A DNA stretch of 60,256 nucleotides, the filler included, from Theionarchaea archaeon (GTDB lineage Archaea; Methanobacteriota_B; Thermococci; Methanofastidiosales; SZ-28-30): the NCBI GenBank assembly GCA_018992565.1. It is 3 parts of 3 records of this genome, joined end to end, with 100 filler letters (N's around TTAATTAATTAA, not from the genome) between each part and the next. Parts side by side here need not be neighbours in the genome. Positions count along the whole stretch, not along the records: positions 1 to 27,117 come from JACVGW010000029.1; 2 more parts are not named here. One strand, given 5' to 3'. Every line of letters starts with the position of its first letter. Position 1 is the stretch's first letter. Below, one piece after another: positions 10,232-19,820 of the stretch. A model generated the notes under the pieces. That model was not told where the DNA came from, ran no database searches, and saw nothing but the letters and a program-made list of their open reading frames with translations. The position numbers were made by a program, and so were the translations under genes.

Positions 10232-11963
10232 TCAGACAGTAACCCAGAAGAGAAACGACAGGACTATCACCACCATAAAGGCCACATAGTAGTTGATGTC
10301 TTTTGTACACAGGTTGTCGAGGGTCCTTCCAATTTTCTGTATCAGTCTTCCTGTCTGGATGTAGAGGTTATCAGCAAGTCCAATTTGGGGTGCATTGAAA
10401 AGTATCTTGGTTTTCCAGGCTNNNNNNNNNNNNNNNNNNNNNNNNNNNNNNNNNNNNNNNNNNNNNNNNNNNNNNNNNNNNNNNNNNNNNNNNNNNNNNN
10501 NNNNNNNNNNNNNNNNNNNNNGTCCTTCCAATTTTCTGTATCAGTCTTCCTGTCTGGATGTAGAGGTTATCAGCAAGTCCAATTTGGGGTGCATTGAAAA
10601 GTATCTTGGTTTTCCAGGCTACGCCATAGAGTGCTAACCCAGCACCCAGCATCAGCAGGCACTCTGCTATTGAAGACCCTGTCCACACGTTGTGCCTTTC
10701 TGCTCCCTGAAAGATTCCTAATCCCAGGCACAGCACAGAAAGAATAACAAGAGGAATCTTCATGAAGCCAGGGACTGGCTGTGGAACCTTCTTGGTATCA
10801 CCCAGAAAGGTATGCCTGAAGAGCTTGGTGAAGGAGGCAACGGTACCCGCACACGTCAGGAAGAACAGGACTTTCACCCAGGTGACAGGAACTGCATGAA
10901 AGAGCAACGTCTTGCTCACAAACCCATTGAAGGGGAGAACTCCCGATATTGAAAGACATCCAACCAGGCAGGCAGCGCCCACCACGGGCATATGATGCAG
11001 TAGCCCTCCCAGCTCTTGCACATTTCGTTCTCCAGTCGCATAAATGACGCACCCCACGCTGAGAAAGAGCAACCCCTTGAATACACCGTGATTCACCATG
11101 TGGAGCATGGCTCCTGTGTATCCAGGTTCAGTTCCCAGCCCGATACCGAGCGCAATAATTCCTACCTGGCTCACAGTGTGGTACGCCAGAATCCTCTTAA
11201 TGTCTTTCTGGACCAGAGCCAGCAGGACTCCTCCCACCATGGACAGCAGGGCAAAAGGCACGATTACTGACGTGTCCAGGGAGAATACAGGAGCAAACCG
11301 AATGATTGCATATGCTCCTAGTTTGACCATGACTCCGGAAAGGACTGCAGATACAGGTGTCGGGGCCCGGGGATGTGCATCTGCTACCCACACATGGAAG
11401 GGAATCAACCCCATTTTCACCAGGCAGCCCGCAACGAATAATACTGATGCATACGGCAGTTCCTTCATTACAATGGCCAGGAGTATGAGGACTGCACCTC
11501 CAATATTCATCACAACATACTTGAACCCAGCATTCATGGACGAAGGGGCCCCTCTATGGACTATCAAAAAGTATGTGACAATAGTGGACATTTCCAGGAA
11601 AGCATAGAACAACAGGATATCTTCAGAAAAGAGGGCCAGAAGAACCACAGCCATGTCCAGGAGAAGCAGGCTGTGAAACCTGTGGAGGTCAATGTATCCA
11701 GAATACAGGAACGCCATGGTAAAGAGCAGGGCAGCCAGCAGGCCAAGTGTGACACTGAGAGTATCCACACGGAATGACAGCTCAACTGGGTTCATCCATA
11801 GAGCAATCCGGTACACTGCAGGCTCCTGTGGTACATAGGTTGCCACTCCAGCTAATGAAATTACTGCACATACGATTGAAAGGTACTTCCGTTTCTGGTC
11901 TTGTACGATCCCTGTTATCACTGCTCCTGCCACAAGGACTGCCACAATGCCCACGATGACCAT
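10232..11963 (-). CDS. Mrp antiporter proton-conducting subunit (MrpD/MrpA-type), interrupted only by an assembly gap
   Basis: PFHVWVADAHPRAPTPVSAVLSG and KRILAYHTVSQ; collapsing the 99-nt duplicate around the gap restores one ORF ending ...FLFWVTV. Confidence 0.85.
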
Positions 11964-13427
11964 TCAGCCACCTCCTGCGAGAACAGCCAGCTCAGCCACC
12001 CGTAATCCAATCAAGGGAACCACTCCCAGAATGAGACATAAGGCAGTCAGAATGTACACAGGGAAGCTCATGGTCCGAGGTACGGGGGGGTTATATGTCC
12101 TCTTCCACTTCTCAGGAGTGAGCACAGATTGTATAACCCTGAAGTAGTACCCACAGGAGAGGACACTGGCCATTACAATGATTGCTGCAATACTGGTGTA
12201 ATGAGCACCAACAGCCCCGTACAAGATCACCAGTTTACTGGAAAACCCATTCAGAGGGGGGACACCTATTATTCCAAGAGATAGTATCACAAAACAGAGA
12301 GCCATCCCTGGCGACACACCCCTGAGCCGGGAGATCTCCCTGGACCTGCTCTGGTGGATGATAACTCCTGCACAGAGAAATAACCCACTTTTCATGAGAG
12401 CATGGTTTATCAGATGAAATAATGCTCCCCGGACAGCTACATCTGTGCCAATCCCAAGTCCGGTGATGATTAATCCTATCTGGCTGATGGAAGAATATGC
12501 AAGCATTCGCTTCAGATCCTTCTGCACCAGGGCCAGTACACTCCCCACTACAAGTGTCACAACCCCCAGGACTATGACAACACCATCAGAACCCAGGATT
12601 GAACCGCCAAACAGGGATGAAAGCCTGAATAGCCCATAAATACTGATTTTGAGGACAATACCAGATAGGAGCGCAGAAACAGGAGAAGGAGCCATGGAAT
12701 GTGCATCTGGAAGCCAGAAATGCAGGGGGACCAGTCCCGATTTCAATCCCAGGGAGGCCAGAATCAGAGACGATATCATGTACACGGGAACCGGGTCTTC
12801 TTCCATGATGCCAGGTACTGCAGCTGCAATGTGGTCCATATTCAGGGAACCTGTTATCGCATAGGTAATACCCACAGCGAATAAGAAGAACCCAGACGAC
12901 ACACTCCCCAGGACCAAGTACTTGAGGCTCGCCCTGTAGTTCTCCTTCTTTTCACCCGTGGTAATGAGAATGTAAACAGATATTGATAGAATCTCAAAGA
13001 ATACATACATGTTGAATATGTCTCTGGTCAGCAGCACTCCCATGATGCCTGCAACCATGAGGAAGTAGAAGGCATCATACTTGCCCAGCCCTCGAATGTG
13101 CTCCATGTATGAGAATGAATAGATCATGCCGAGAAAACTGACGGTGACAGAGACTGCAGCCACCATGAAAGACAGTGCATCCAGCCGGAGCGCGATCCCC
13201 ATGAAAGGGGTCCATCCCCCCATGGTATAGGTGAGGACCTGGCCGGAGAGTACAGGAGGAGCCACCATGAGGAGTTGAATCGCCAGTGCAGTCAATGCAA
13301 CAACTGCAAGGGTGTTCCGAATTCGCATCATCACTGCATGGGGTATTCTGTGTGATACTGCAGTTAATGAGAACAGAAACGCACTGATGAGAGGAGTGAT
13401 TACCATTCCCACCAGGAGTTCGCTCAT
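11964..13427 (-). CDS. mrpD: Mrp Na+/H+ antiporter subunit D
   Basis: DIFNMYVFFE, PLHFWLPDAH, KRMLAYSSISQIG and GVPPLNGFSSK. Confidence 0.9.
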   Translation of the reverse strand: MSELLVGMVITPLISAFLFSLTAVSHRIPHAVMMRIRNTLAVVALTALAIQLLMVAPPVLSGQVLTYTMGGWTPFMGIALRLDALSFMVAAVSVTVSFLGMIYSFSYMEHIRGLGKYDAFYFLMVAGIMGVLLTRDIFNMYVFFEILSISVYILITTGEKKENYRASLKYLVLGSVSSGFFLFAVGITYAITGSLNMDHIAAAVPGIMEEDPVPVYMISSLILASLGLKSGLVPLHFWLPDAHSMAPSPVSALLSGIVLKISIYGLFRLSSLFGGSILGSDGVVIVLGVVTLVVGSVLALVQKDLKRMLAYSSISQIGLIITGLGIGTDVAVRGALFHLINHALMKSGLFLCAGVIIHQSRSREISRLRGVSPGMALCFVILSLGIIGVPPLNGFSSKLVILYGAVGAHYTSIAAIIVMASVLSCGYYFRVIQSVLTPEKWKRTYNPPVPRTMSFPVYILTALCLILGVVPLIGLRVAELAVLAGGG

Positions 13428-13759
13428 GGTGTGACCTCCTTTATGTTGAGCGTTTTATACTGCTCGTACACTTTTATGGCCAGGGCCAGGGCAAGGGACG
13501 TCACACTCAATTCCACAACTACAGTGGTGAGCATGAGAGTCTGAGGAAGAGGATCTACATAGGTGGAGTATCCTCCCAGAATGGGTGCTGCTCCCCCTTC
13601 TGTATACCCCAGGCTGACGAAAAAGAGGATCAACCCTAAGAACATGATGTCGACACACAGGACTATTTTTATGAAATTTCTCCGGGTCATACATCCAAAA
13701 GTACCTATCAGGAACAGGACTACCCCGATCATGATGCCGTTGACAAGGTAGAGGCTCAT
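13424..13759 (-). CDS. mrpC: Mrp antiporter subunit C
   Basis: DPLPQTLMLTTVV motif. Confidence 0.9.
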   Translation of the reverse strand: MSLYLVNGIMIGVVLFLIGTFGCMTRRNFIKIVLCVDIMFLGLILFFVSLGYTEGGAAPILGGYSTYVDPLPQTLMLTTVVVELSVTSLALALAIKVYEQYKTLNIKEVTP

Positions 13760-14169
13760 GGGACTCTCTCCAGGTATTTGAAGAAGGTATAAAACAAGAC
13801 AGTAAAGGCTACACCCACTTTCAGTCCAATCAGTACATTTATCACGGGAATCGTTCCTGCAGTGAGCCCCATCTTACCAACGAGGAAATTGGAGAACAAT
13901 GCATTCCCTGCAAGGTATCCCAAGACACCTACTGCAATGAGGAGCAGCCCGCTGATGTCTTCTATCAAAGAAGCCACATTTTCACTGAATTTACCTTCCC
14001 TGGTGCCAAAGACAGTGAAGAGCAGCAGAACAACAGAACCCAGGATGATGCCCCCCTGGAATCCACCTCCTGGACTGAAATACCCTGCCAGTATAACGTA
14101 GGTGCCAAATACCAGCAGGAGAGGAGCCAGAAACCCTGTGGTCGTTCTACAGATGATAGACATCTCCAT
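13756..14169 (-). CDS. mrpB: Mrp antiporter subunit B (MbhF-like)
   Basis: SPGGGFQGG and IGLKVG motifs. Confidence 0.88.
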   Translation of the reverse strand: MEMSIICRTTTGFLAPLLLVFGTYVILAGYFSPGGGFQGGIILGSVVLLLFTVFGTREGKFSENVASLIEDISGLLLIAVGVLGYLAGNALFSNFLVGKMGLTAGTIPVINVLIGLKVGVAFTVLFYTFFKYLERVP

Positions 14170-14476
14170 CGGGACTCCCTCCATAGAGTTTATCTAACTG
14201 CTTTATCTTCTGCTCTGTGCGGTGGTGATTTCTCCCCAGAATGAGAGTCACACCCAGAATGGCAGTGAACAGGACAGTGGCTTCCCCTATAGTATCATAC
14301 AACCGGTAGTCTGCCAGGATGGCTGCTACGACGTTGACTGCTCCCGTATCTTCTACACTGTGAGAGATGTAATATGCAGCCACGTCTGATACAGGCGTTG
14401 CATACTCCAGTTGCAGTCCAACCAAAAAGACAGCCCATATACCAGTTAGAATCAATGCAGGTACCATTCTCTTCAT
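14147..14476 (-). CDS. Mrp/MbhE-like small subunit
   Basis: NVVAAILADYRLYDTIGE motif. Confidence 0.85.
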   Translation of the reverse strand: MKRMVPALILTGIWAVFLVGLQLEYATPVSDVAAYYISHSVEDTGAVNVVAAILADYRLYDTIGEATVLFTAILGVTLILGRNHHRTEQKIKQLDKLYGGSPDGDVYHL

Positions 14477-14709
14477 TCTTCTCCCTCCGTCTTGTAGATG
14501 GCAAAGAGGAAAATAGTCACTGATACGGCGTTCACCAGGAGGAGGGAAAAGGCAACGTCAGGAGCCTGAAGCTGGAAAATGACCACTGCAGTCAGCAGGC
14601 TCAGCACACCATATATGATGACAGCATTGATCAGGTTCTTCACCATCACAGAACTGGCTGCAGTTACAGGCAGTAGTATCAGGAGCAGCTGTACAATGAT
14701 GTCACTCAT
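14473..14709 (-). CDS. Mrp/MbhD-like small subunit (DUF4040)
   Basis: LQAPDVAF motif, three TM helices, operon position. Confidence 0.85.
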   Translation of the reverse strand: MSDIIVQLLLILLPVTAASSVMVKNLINAVIIYGVLSLLTAVVIFQLQAPDVAFSLLLVNAVSVTIFLFAIYKTEGEE

Positions 14710-15016
14710 ACATATCAACCACCGTTATCTCGCAGGGCTTTATACCATACCTGTGAGAGGCTCTGGCCAGGGCGTGAGATGCCACGGGATTCAGGAAGAA
14801 AATCAAGAAAAGCACAAGCATGACCTTCAGAGAGGTCATACTCATTCCCAGAATCACGACTACTCCCACCAGGATAGAGATAGCACCACCTGTATCACAC
14901 TTGGTGGCAGCATGCAGGCGGGTGTACACATCAGGGAACCGGATGACACCTACAGCTCCCAGAACCATTACCGTGCACCCTGCCAGAAACGAAATGTACT
15001 CAATCACGGAACCCAC
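14702..15016 (-). CDS. mrpG: Mrp antiporter subunit G
   Basis: RFPDVYTRLHAATK and PVASHALARA. Confidence 0.92.
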   Translation of the reverse strand: MGSVIEYISFLAGCTVMVLGAVGVIRFPDVYTRLHAATKCDTGGAISILVGVVVILGMSMTSLKVMLVLFLIFFLNPVASHALARASHRYGIKPCEITVVDMYE

Positions 15017-15278
15017 CTTCCATGTACTTGGCCACTACAAGGGATCCTGTGACATTGAGCATGGCAAACCCGATGGCTACATCCAGGAGCAATGCTCTCC
15101 CATAGAGAATAGACAGCAGGACCAGCATGAGGGTAACCTTGGTGGAGATGGTGTTCAGTCCCACCATTCTGTCGGATATTGTAGGTCCCACCAGCACTCG
15201 TACAAAGCAGATGACTGAGGTTGCTACGAGAACCATGATGACCATCTGAATTGCTACCAGAAGAACCGGCGAAGCCAT
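15000..15278 (-). CDS. mrpF: Mrp antiporter subunit F
   Basis: RVLVGPTISDRMVG and LDVAI; exact start uncertain. Confidence 0.88.
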   Translation of the reverse strand: MASPVLLVAIQMVIMVLVATSVICFVRVLVGPTISDRMVGLNTISTKVTLMLVLLSILYGRALLLDVAIGFAMLNVTGSLVVAKYMEGGFRD

Positions 15279-15859
15279 TCATCCACACCTCCTTTTATGA
15301 TCTCTCCTGCCTCTTCTGTAGAAAGAGTTTCAACATCAATCCAGTGAACATACAGGGCATTCCCCTCCAGCGTTTCTTTCACATCAAGAGTGAGAGTGCC
15401 CGGTGTCAACGTGATAATATTGGCCAGGGCAGTCACAGCGGTTTGAGAGCGCAATGTGGTGTCAATTCTCACAATGCCAGGGTTAATATCCATTAAGATG
15501 ACATGCCTGGCCACATTGACATTGGCTTCAATAATCCTGAACAGGAAGATGAAAGCCAGTTCAGGGATGTACACAAAGACGAACATGAGCAACCGGGAAA
15601 AGAAATTCTCACCAACCCTGATGTCTTTGGTAAAGAAGTCATAGGTGAAAAAGGAGAGCAGTGTACAGATACCTGCCCCTAACACCAGGGGAGGTAAGGC
15701 AGTGGACCCAAGGAGGATGATCCAGAACACGTACAGCACCAGAAAGGTTACCAGGATTTTCTGCCAGGTCTTAATACCTCTCCCATATTGAAGCTGGGAT
15801 TCTAGTTGATGTTTTACGGTATCGAGCCGTTCTCTCAGGTAGAACCTCATCTTGGACAT
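15254..15859 (-). CDS. mrpE: Mrp antiporter subunit E
   Basis: INPGIV, LANIITLTPGTLTLD and LYVHWID. Confidence 0.92.
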   Translation of the reverse strand: MSKMRFYLRERLDTVKHQLESQLQYGRGIKTWQKILVTFLVLYVFWIILLGSTALPPLVLGAGICTLLSFFTYDFFTKDIRVGENFFSRLLMFVFVYIPELAFIFLFRIIEANVNVARHVILMDINPGIVRIDTTLRSQTAVTALANIITLTPGTLTLDVKETLEGNALYVHWIDVETLSTEEAGEIIKGGVDEWLRRFFW

Positions 15860-15995
15860 GCTTATGAATGCACCCCTACCTTTAAAAGTATTGTGAAATC
15901 CAGAAAGGAGTAGTTGCAGAAGATCAAACCAGAAAATGGGTCCACCTGTGTCAGCCCACGGGCAAATTACTTCAGATTGTGCTTTCTAAAGCCGG

Positions 15996-16607
15996 TCAAT
16001 CGCTACAAGAACGGGCCACGTTGGTTCTCTCTGCGGCTGCCATGACACGGTATCCCCCTTTGAGGGCAACGTAGTCCGCATGAGAGAATTCTTCTTCCAG
16101 GTAGGAGAAGATGCTCTTGGCCCCCTGTTTTGTTCTGGCCACAATGTAGAAGGCGCCACTGGGATTGAGCAGCTGCTTTCCCTGGGAGATGAGGGTGAAT
16201 ACTGCCTTTTTCCCAGCCCGAATGGGAGGGTTCATGACCACAACATCAAACATGGGTTTCATGCAGGAAGGCGTGCCGCACAACACCACAGCATTCTCAC
16301 TCCTGTTCAGTACAGCGTTCTCTCTGGCCAGCCTGCATGCCCTCTCATTGACGTCAAGGAGAACAACATACTGACAGAAAAAAGACAGCGTGATTCCGAT
16401 CACTCCATATCCACATCCCACATCCAGGAGCCAATTCCCGGGGGCGATTCTGACGCTCTCTGTCAGAAGCTTCGTACCGAAGTCTACTCGCTGTCTGGAG
16501 AAAACTCCCCGGCTGGTCCTGAATTGCACCTGACGGCCTCGTATGCGTTCTGTGATTTCCATGAGGGTTTCTTTGGAGGTGGGGCTGTGGGTGAAGTAGT
16601 GTTCCAT
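15996..16607 (-). CDS. Class I SAM methyltransferase, RsmC/MTS-like small family
   Basis: GVFS...VDFGT, LDVGCGYG, NPPIRAGK and TKQGAKS. Confidence 0.88.
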   Translation of the reverse strand: MEHYFTHSPTSKETLMEITERIRGRQVQFRTSRGVFSRQRVDFGTKLLTESVRIAPGNWLLDVGCGYGVIGITLSFFCQYVVLLDVNERACRLARENAVLNRSENAVVLCGTPSCMKPMFDVVVMNPPIRAGKKAVFTLISQGKQLLNPSGAFYIVARTKQGAKSIFSYLEEEFSHADYVALKGGYRVMAAAERTNVARSCSD

Positions 16608-16627
16608 ATACTGAGTTTTCAGAAATC

Positions 16628-16635
16628 TTTATAAA
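16628..16635. promoter_or_regulatory. Palindromic TATA box TTTATAAA between divergent genes
   Basis: 20 nt from the MTase start (16607) and 21 nt from the eS8 start (16657). Confidence 0.65.
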
Positions 16636-16656
16636 CCCTTGTGGACCTTCAATACT

Positions 16657-17031
16657 ATGGCATTATGGCAGAGAAGATCAAAGCGAACTCATACCGGAAA
16701 ACTGCTTCGAAGTCCAAGGAAGAAGCGGAAGCGTGAACTCGGAAGAGACTTCGTTGAAACCAAGATTGGCTCTGAAAAGAAGAAGATCCAGAGGACGTAC
16801 GGAGGAAATAAAAAGGTAAAGCTGCAGAAAGCAGAGTATGCTAACGTGGTGACCAAGGAAGGAACCAAGAAGACCAGGATTCTGAGTGTAGCGCAGAATG
16901 AGGCTAACCGTCACTTTGTCAGGCGTAATATTGTCACTCAGGGTGCTGTGATCGAGACTGAGCTTGGAAGTGCCCGTGTAACCAGCAGACCTGGGCAGCA
17001 CGGCATCATCAATGCCGTTCTCATGGAATGA
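16657..17031 (+). CDS. rps8e: 30S ribosomal protein eS8
   Basis: RKKRKRELGR, RTYGGN and ARVTSRPGQHG. Confidence 0.97.
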   Translation: MALWQRRSKRTHTGKLLRSPRKKRKRELGRDFVETKIGSEKKKIQRTYGGNKKVKLQKAEYANVVTKEGTKKTRILSVAQNEANRHFVRRNIVTQGAVIETELGSARVTSRPGQHGIINAVLME

Positions 17032-17068
17032 CCCTTTTTCTTAGGCTGCTGACCCTGAGGGTACTGGG

Positions 17069-18397
17069 TTACTTGGTAGCTACGTTGACACCTGAAAACC
17101 GAACATGCGGCAGAATTGAATACTCACAGACCCGCGATTCGCTCCCTATAGCATCCATCTTGGTAAGCAGCGAGTAAATGTTATCTGACAGCATGACCCC
17201 GCTGACACCTCCAGCTATCTCTCCCTTTTTTATCCTGAAAGCAGGTACACATACCACGGAGAAATCTCCTGATTCAGGATTTGACCCATGAGCTCCCTGC
17301 AGGTCCAAAACGTAGTAGCCGTCTTTGATATCCATGATTTCTTTTGTGTCAAAGGTTCCAGGGTGAATGATCATGGTGCTCTGTCGAAGCGACATCTCTG
17401 TGGCTCGCCAGTCATAGTACGCATTTCCAGTGCTGGAACAGCCAGCTCTCTTTGCCCAATAGTGATCCCAGATGAACCCCTGCAGAATACCCTCTTCAAT
17501 GATGGATGTGTCCTGAGAGGGAATACCTTCGTCATCCATTTCTCTGGCGCAAGCCCCTCGTGGATCCATGCCGTTGTCGTGTAACGTCAGACAGCTGCTG
17601 GCAATTTTCTGTCCTTCTTTTCCCACCAGCTTGGACTTTCCTCTCACCACGTTTTCTCCTGAGACTGCTCTGAACAAGGTGTAGTACAACAGGGCTTCCA
17701 GAGCCGAGGGTGAGAATATTACCTGCGATTTTCCAGAAGTCGCCTTCTCAGGTTTCTTGAATTTCTCGATGTTGTCCAGGAGAGGGGTCACTACCTTGGC
17801 CGGGTCAGGATCGTACTTTCTCAGAATTTCAAGCCCAAGGAATTCAGGCGTTACTCCATCTGCAAGAATCCCCAGGGCCATCAAAAAGAGAGCCTCCAGA
17901 GATCCCTTGTCCTCATGCTGGATGCCTCTGCTGTTGGCACATGCTCTGTAGGTGAGCTCGACTTCGTGACCAGCAAGATACGCAGTGACATCAGGAGGGA
18001 GCAGCTCCAGCATATCAGTAACAGGTTCAGCCATTGTTTCAGCACCGATGTCCTCCATAGCTGAGTCCCACAACGTCACATGTGGGTAGACTCCAGGCTC
18101 AGGGAGAGACTCCCAGTTGGGATCTTTCTTGCTTGCAGAGGCTGCCTTCAGAGCCCTCTTGACTGCGTCACTGACACTGGATTGATCAAGCCTGTAGGTG
18201 AAGATACTGGCAGCTGCCTTACCTGTTATCACACGTATTCTCATGCCCTCATTGAAGACAGTGGCAGCCTCATTCACCTGTCCCAGTTGTGCTTTGACTG
18301 TGGTATTGACCTTCTTCATCCAGAGGGCTTCTATCTCATCTGCACCTGACTTCTCACCTTCTTGAACTGCATGCTGACACAGAGCTAGCGTATCCAT
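17069..18397 (-). CDS. tldE: TldE/PmbA family protein (pair 2)
   Basis: DDEGIP, STGNA, HGSNPESGDFS and MLSDN; start MDTLA immediately after the tldD stop. Confidence 0.85.
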   Translation of the reverse strand: MDTLALCQHAVQEGEKSGADEIEALWMKKVNTTVKAQLGQVNEAATVFNEGMRIRVITGKAAASIFTYRLDQSSVSDAVKRALKAASASKKDPNWESLPEPGVYPHVTLWDSAMEDIGAETMAEPVTDMLELLPPDVTAYLAGHEVELTYRACANSRGIQHEDKGSLEALFLMALGILADGVTPEFLGLEILRKYDPDPAKVVTPLLDNIEKFKKPEKATSGKSQVIFSPSALEALLYYTLFRAVSGENVVRGKSKLVGKEGQKIASSCLTLHDNGMDPRGACAREMDDEGIPSQDTSIIEEGILQGFIWDHYWAKRAGCSSTGNAYYDWRATEMSLRQSTMIIHPGTFDTKEIMDIKDGYYVLDLQGAHGSNPESGDFSVVCVPAFRIKKGEIAGGVSGVMLSDNIYSLLTKMDAIGSESRVCEYSILPHVRFSGVNVATK

Positions 18398-18398
18398 G

Positions 18399-19775
18399 TT
18401 ATCCCCTCCCTCCAAACAGGATGGCTCCTTTTTTGATGCGAAGGTGAGGTCCTCCAGAGGACACTGCTGCAGTCTGACCCTTTCCACAGTATCCCTCTTC
18501 AAATCCCAGTTCCTTTCCCGCACCCTGTATCAGGAGCAGCGCCTCTGTAGCCAGTCCACTGATAGCCAGGTCCTTTATTGGGTTTCCTATTTCACCATCA
18601 GTTATTTCAAATGCTTCCTGTATTCCTACCTGGAAGCTTGAGTTGAGCTGTGCCTGCCCACCCCGGTAATCCACGCAGTAATACCCGAAATCAATACCCT
18701 CGAAGAGCTCTTCTGGTGTGTAGTCTCCTTCCTCAAAGAAGGTATTTCTCATACGTATCAGTGTGGGGAACAGAAAACTCTCAGCCCTGGCTGAACCACA
18801 GGTAGGCATTCCTGTTCGATGTGCGTACTCTCTGTCCGTTAATAGCCCAGTAAATACACCCTTCTTGATGATTTCCACTCGCTTCATTTCAACACCCTCA
18901 TCATCATACTTGGAAGCTCCAAACGTTCCTTTGACAGGCGCATCCACCATGGTAACAAAATCAGCTGCAACCTTTTTTCCCAGTTTACCATTGAAACTGG
19001 AATTCAGGGTCAGGTCTGCCTCAGCCAGGTGGCCCAGTGCTTCGTGCGCCAGAACGCCTACGACCCTGGGGCCCAGAACGCAGGGGAAACTTCCATTCCT
19101 GGGGTTGGTGCCTTCCACCTGCATGATCACCCTGTTTCCAACACGGTCAGCTATGACCTCTGCTGTCTCTTCCTCAAAGTACTCGAAGCCCTGCTCTGTG
19201 GATCCTACACCATCACGGGCTGCTGTTAATGTTCCGTTCTCCTTGCCTGTAACCCAGCAGTAATTATAGACATGACCTGTTTCCTCACTGATGCGGGTAC
19301 CTTCACTGGTTAAAATATATTTAAATCCATGAGAGTCAGTATGTCGCAAAGAAATCGCGGTAATTCTCTTATCATAGCCTTTTATTGTATCATGCAATAT
19401 TTTAAGACGGGAGATCTTCTCTTCAAAAGAAACTTCATGAGGAGGCTGGCTAAATTTCTTCTTGACATCTTCTGAGACAGGAGTTATCTCAGCCAGCTCT
19501 ATCTTGTCTTTTCTGGTTTGTGAGGCCACGGCAGCCAGTGAACACGCTTTCTCCACTATGGGCTCCACGTCATCAATGCTGCCACAGGCAAACCCCCAGG
19601 CACCATTCAAGAGAACCCTGCATGCCACACCTGTCTGCACTTTTGAATTGAGGTTGTCCACCCGACCATCAGAATATCCAATGAGAGTCAGGAGAGTATC
19701 TTCAGCTCTCAATTCTACATACTCCGCTCCGCTCCTCTCGCCTTTCACTATTCCTCTCTCCAGTGTGCTGAACAT
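18399..19775 (-). CDS. tldD: TldD family metalloprotease (pair 2)
   Basis: HEALGHLAEAD, YDDEGV, IRMRNT and CGKGQ; true start MFSTLE. Confidence 0.92.
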   Translation of the reverse strand: MFSTLERGIVKGERSGAEYVELRAEDTLLTLIGYSDGRVDNLNSKVQTGVACRVLLNGAWGFACGSIDDVEPIVEKACSLAAVASQTRKDKIELAEITPVSEDVKKKFSQPPHEVSFEEKISRLKILHDTIKGYDKRITAISLRHTDSHGFKYILTSEGTRISEETGHVYNYCWVTGKENGTLTAARDGVGSTEQGFEYFEEETAEVIADRVGNRVIMQVEGTNPRNGSFPCVLGPRVVGVLAHEALGHLAEADLTLNSSFNGKLGKKVAADFVTMVDAPVKGTFGASKYDDEGVEMKRVEIIKKGVFTGLLTDREYAHRTGMPTCGSARAESFLFPTLIRMRNTFFEEGDYTPEELFEGIDFGYYCVDYRGGQAQLNSSFQVGIQEAFEITDGEIGNPIKDLAISGLATEALLLIQGAGKELGFEEGYCGKGQTAAVSSGGPHLRIKKGAILFGGRG

Positions 19776-19820
19776 AGAAAAATCTTTATGGGTGTACTTC
19801 AAAAACCTATCGGTGACTGA

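Noticed and set aside
10323..10620. 99-nt direct repeat (10323-10421 = 10522-10620) flanking 100 Ns
   Set aside because: Exact overlap around a scaffold gap; collapsing it restores the Mrp gene, so it is an assembly artefact
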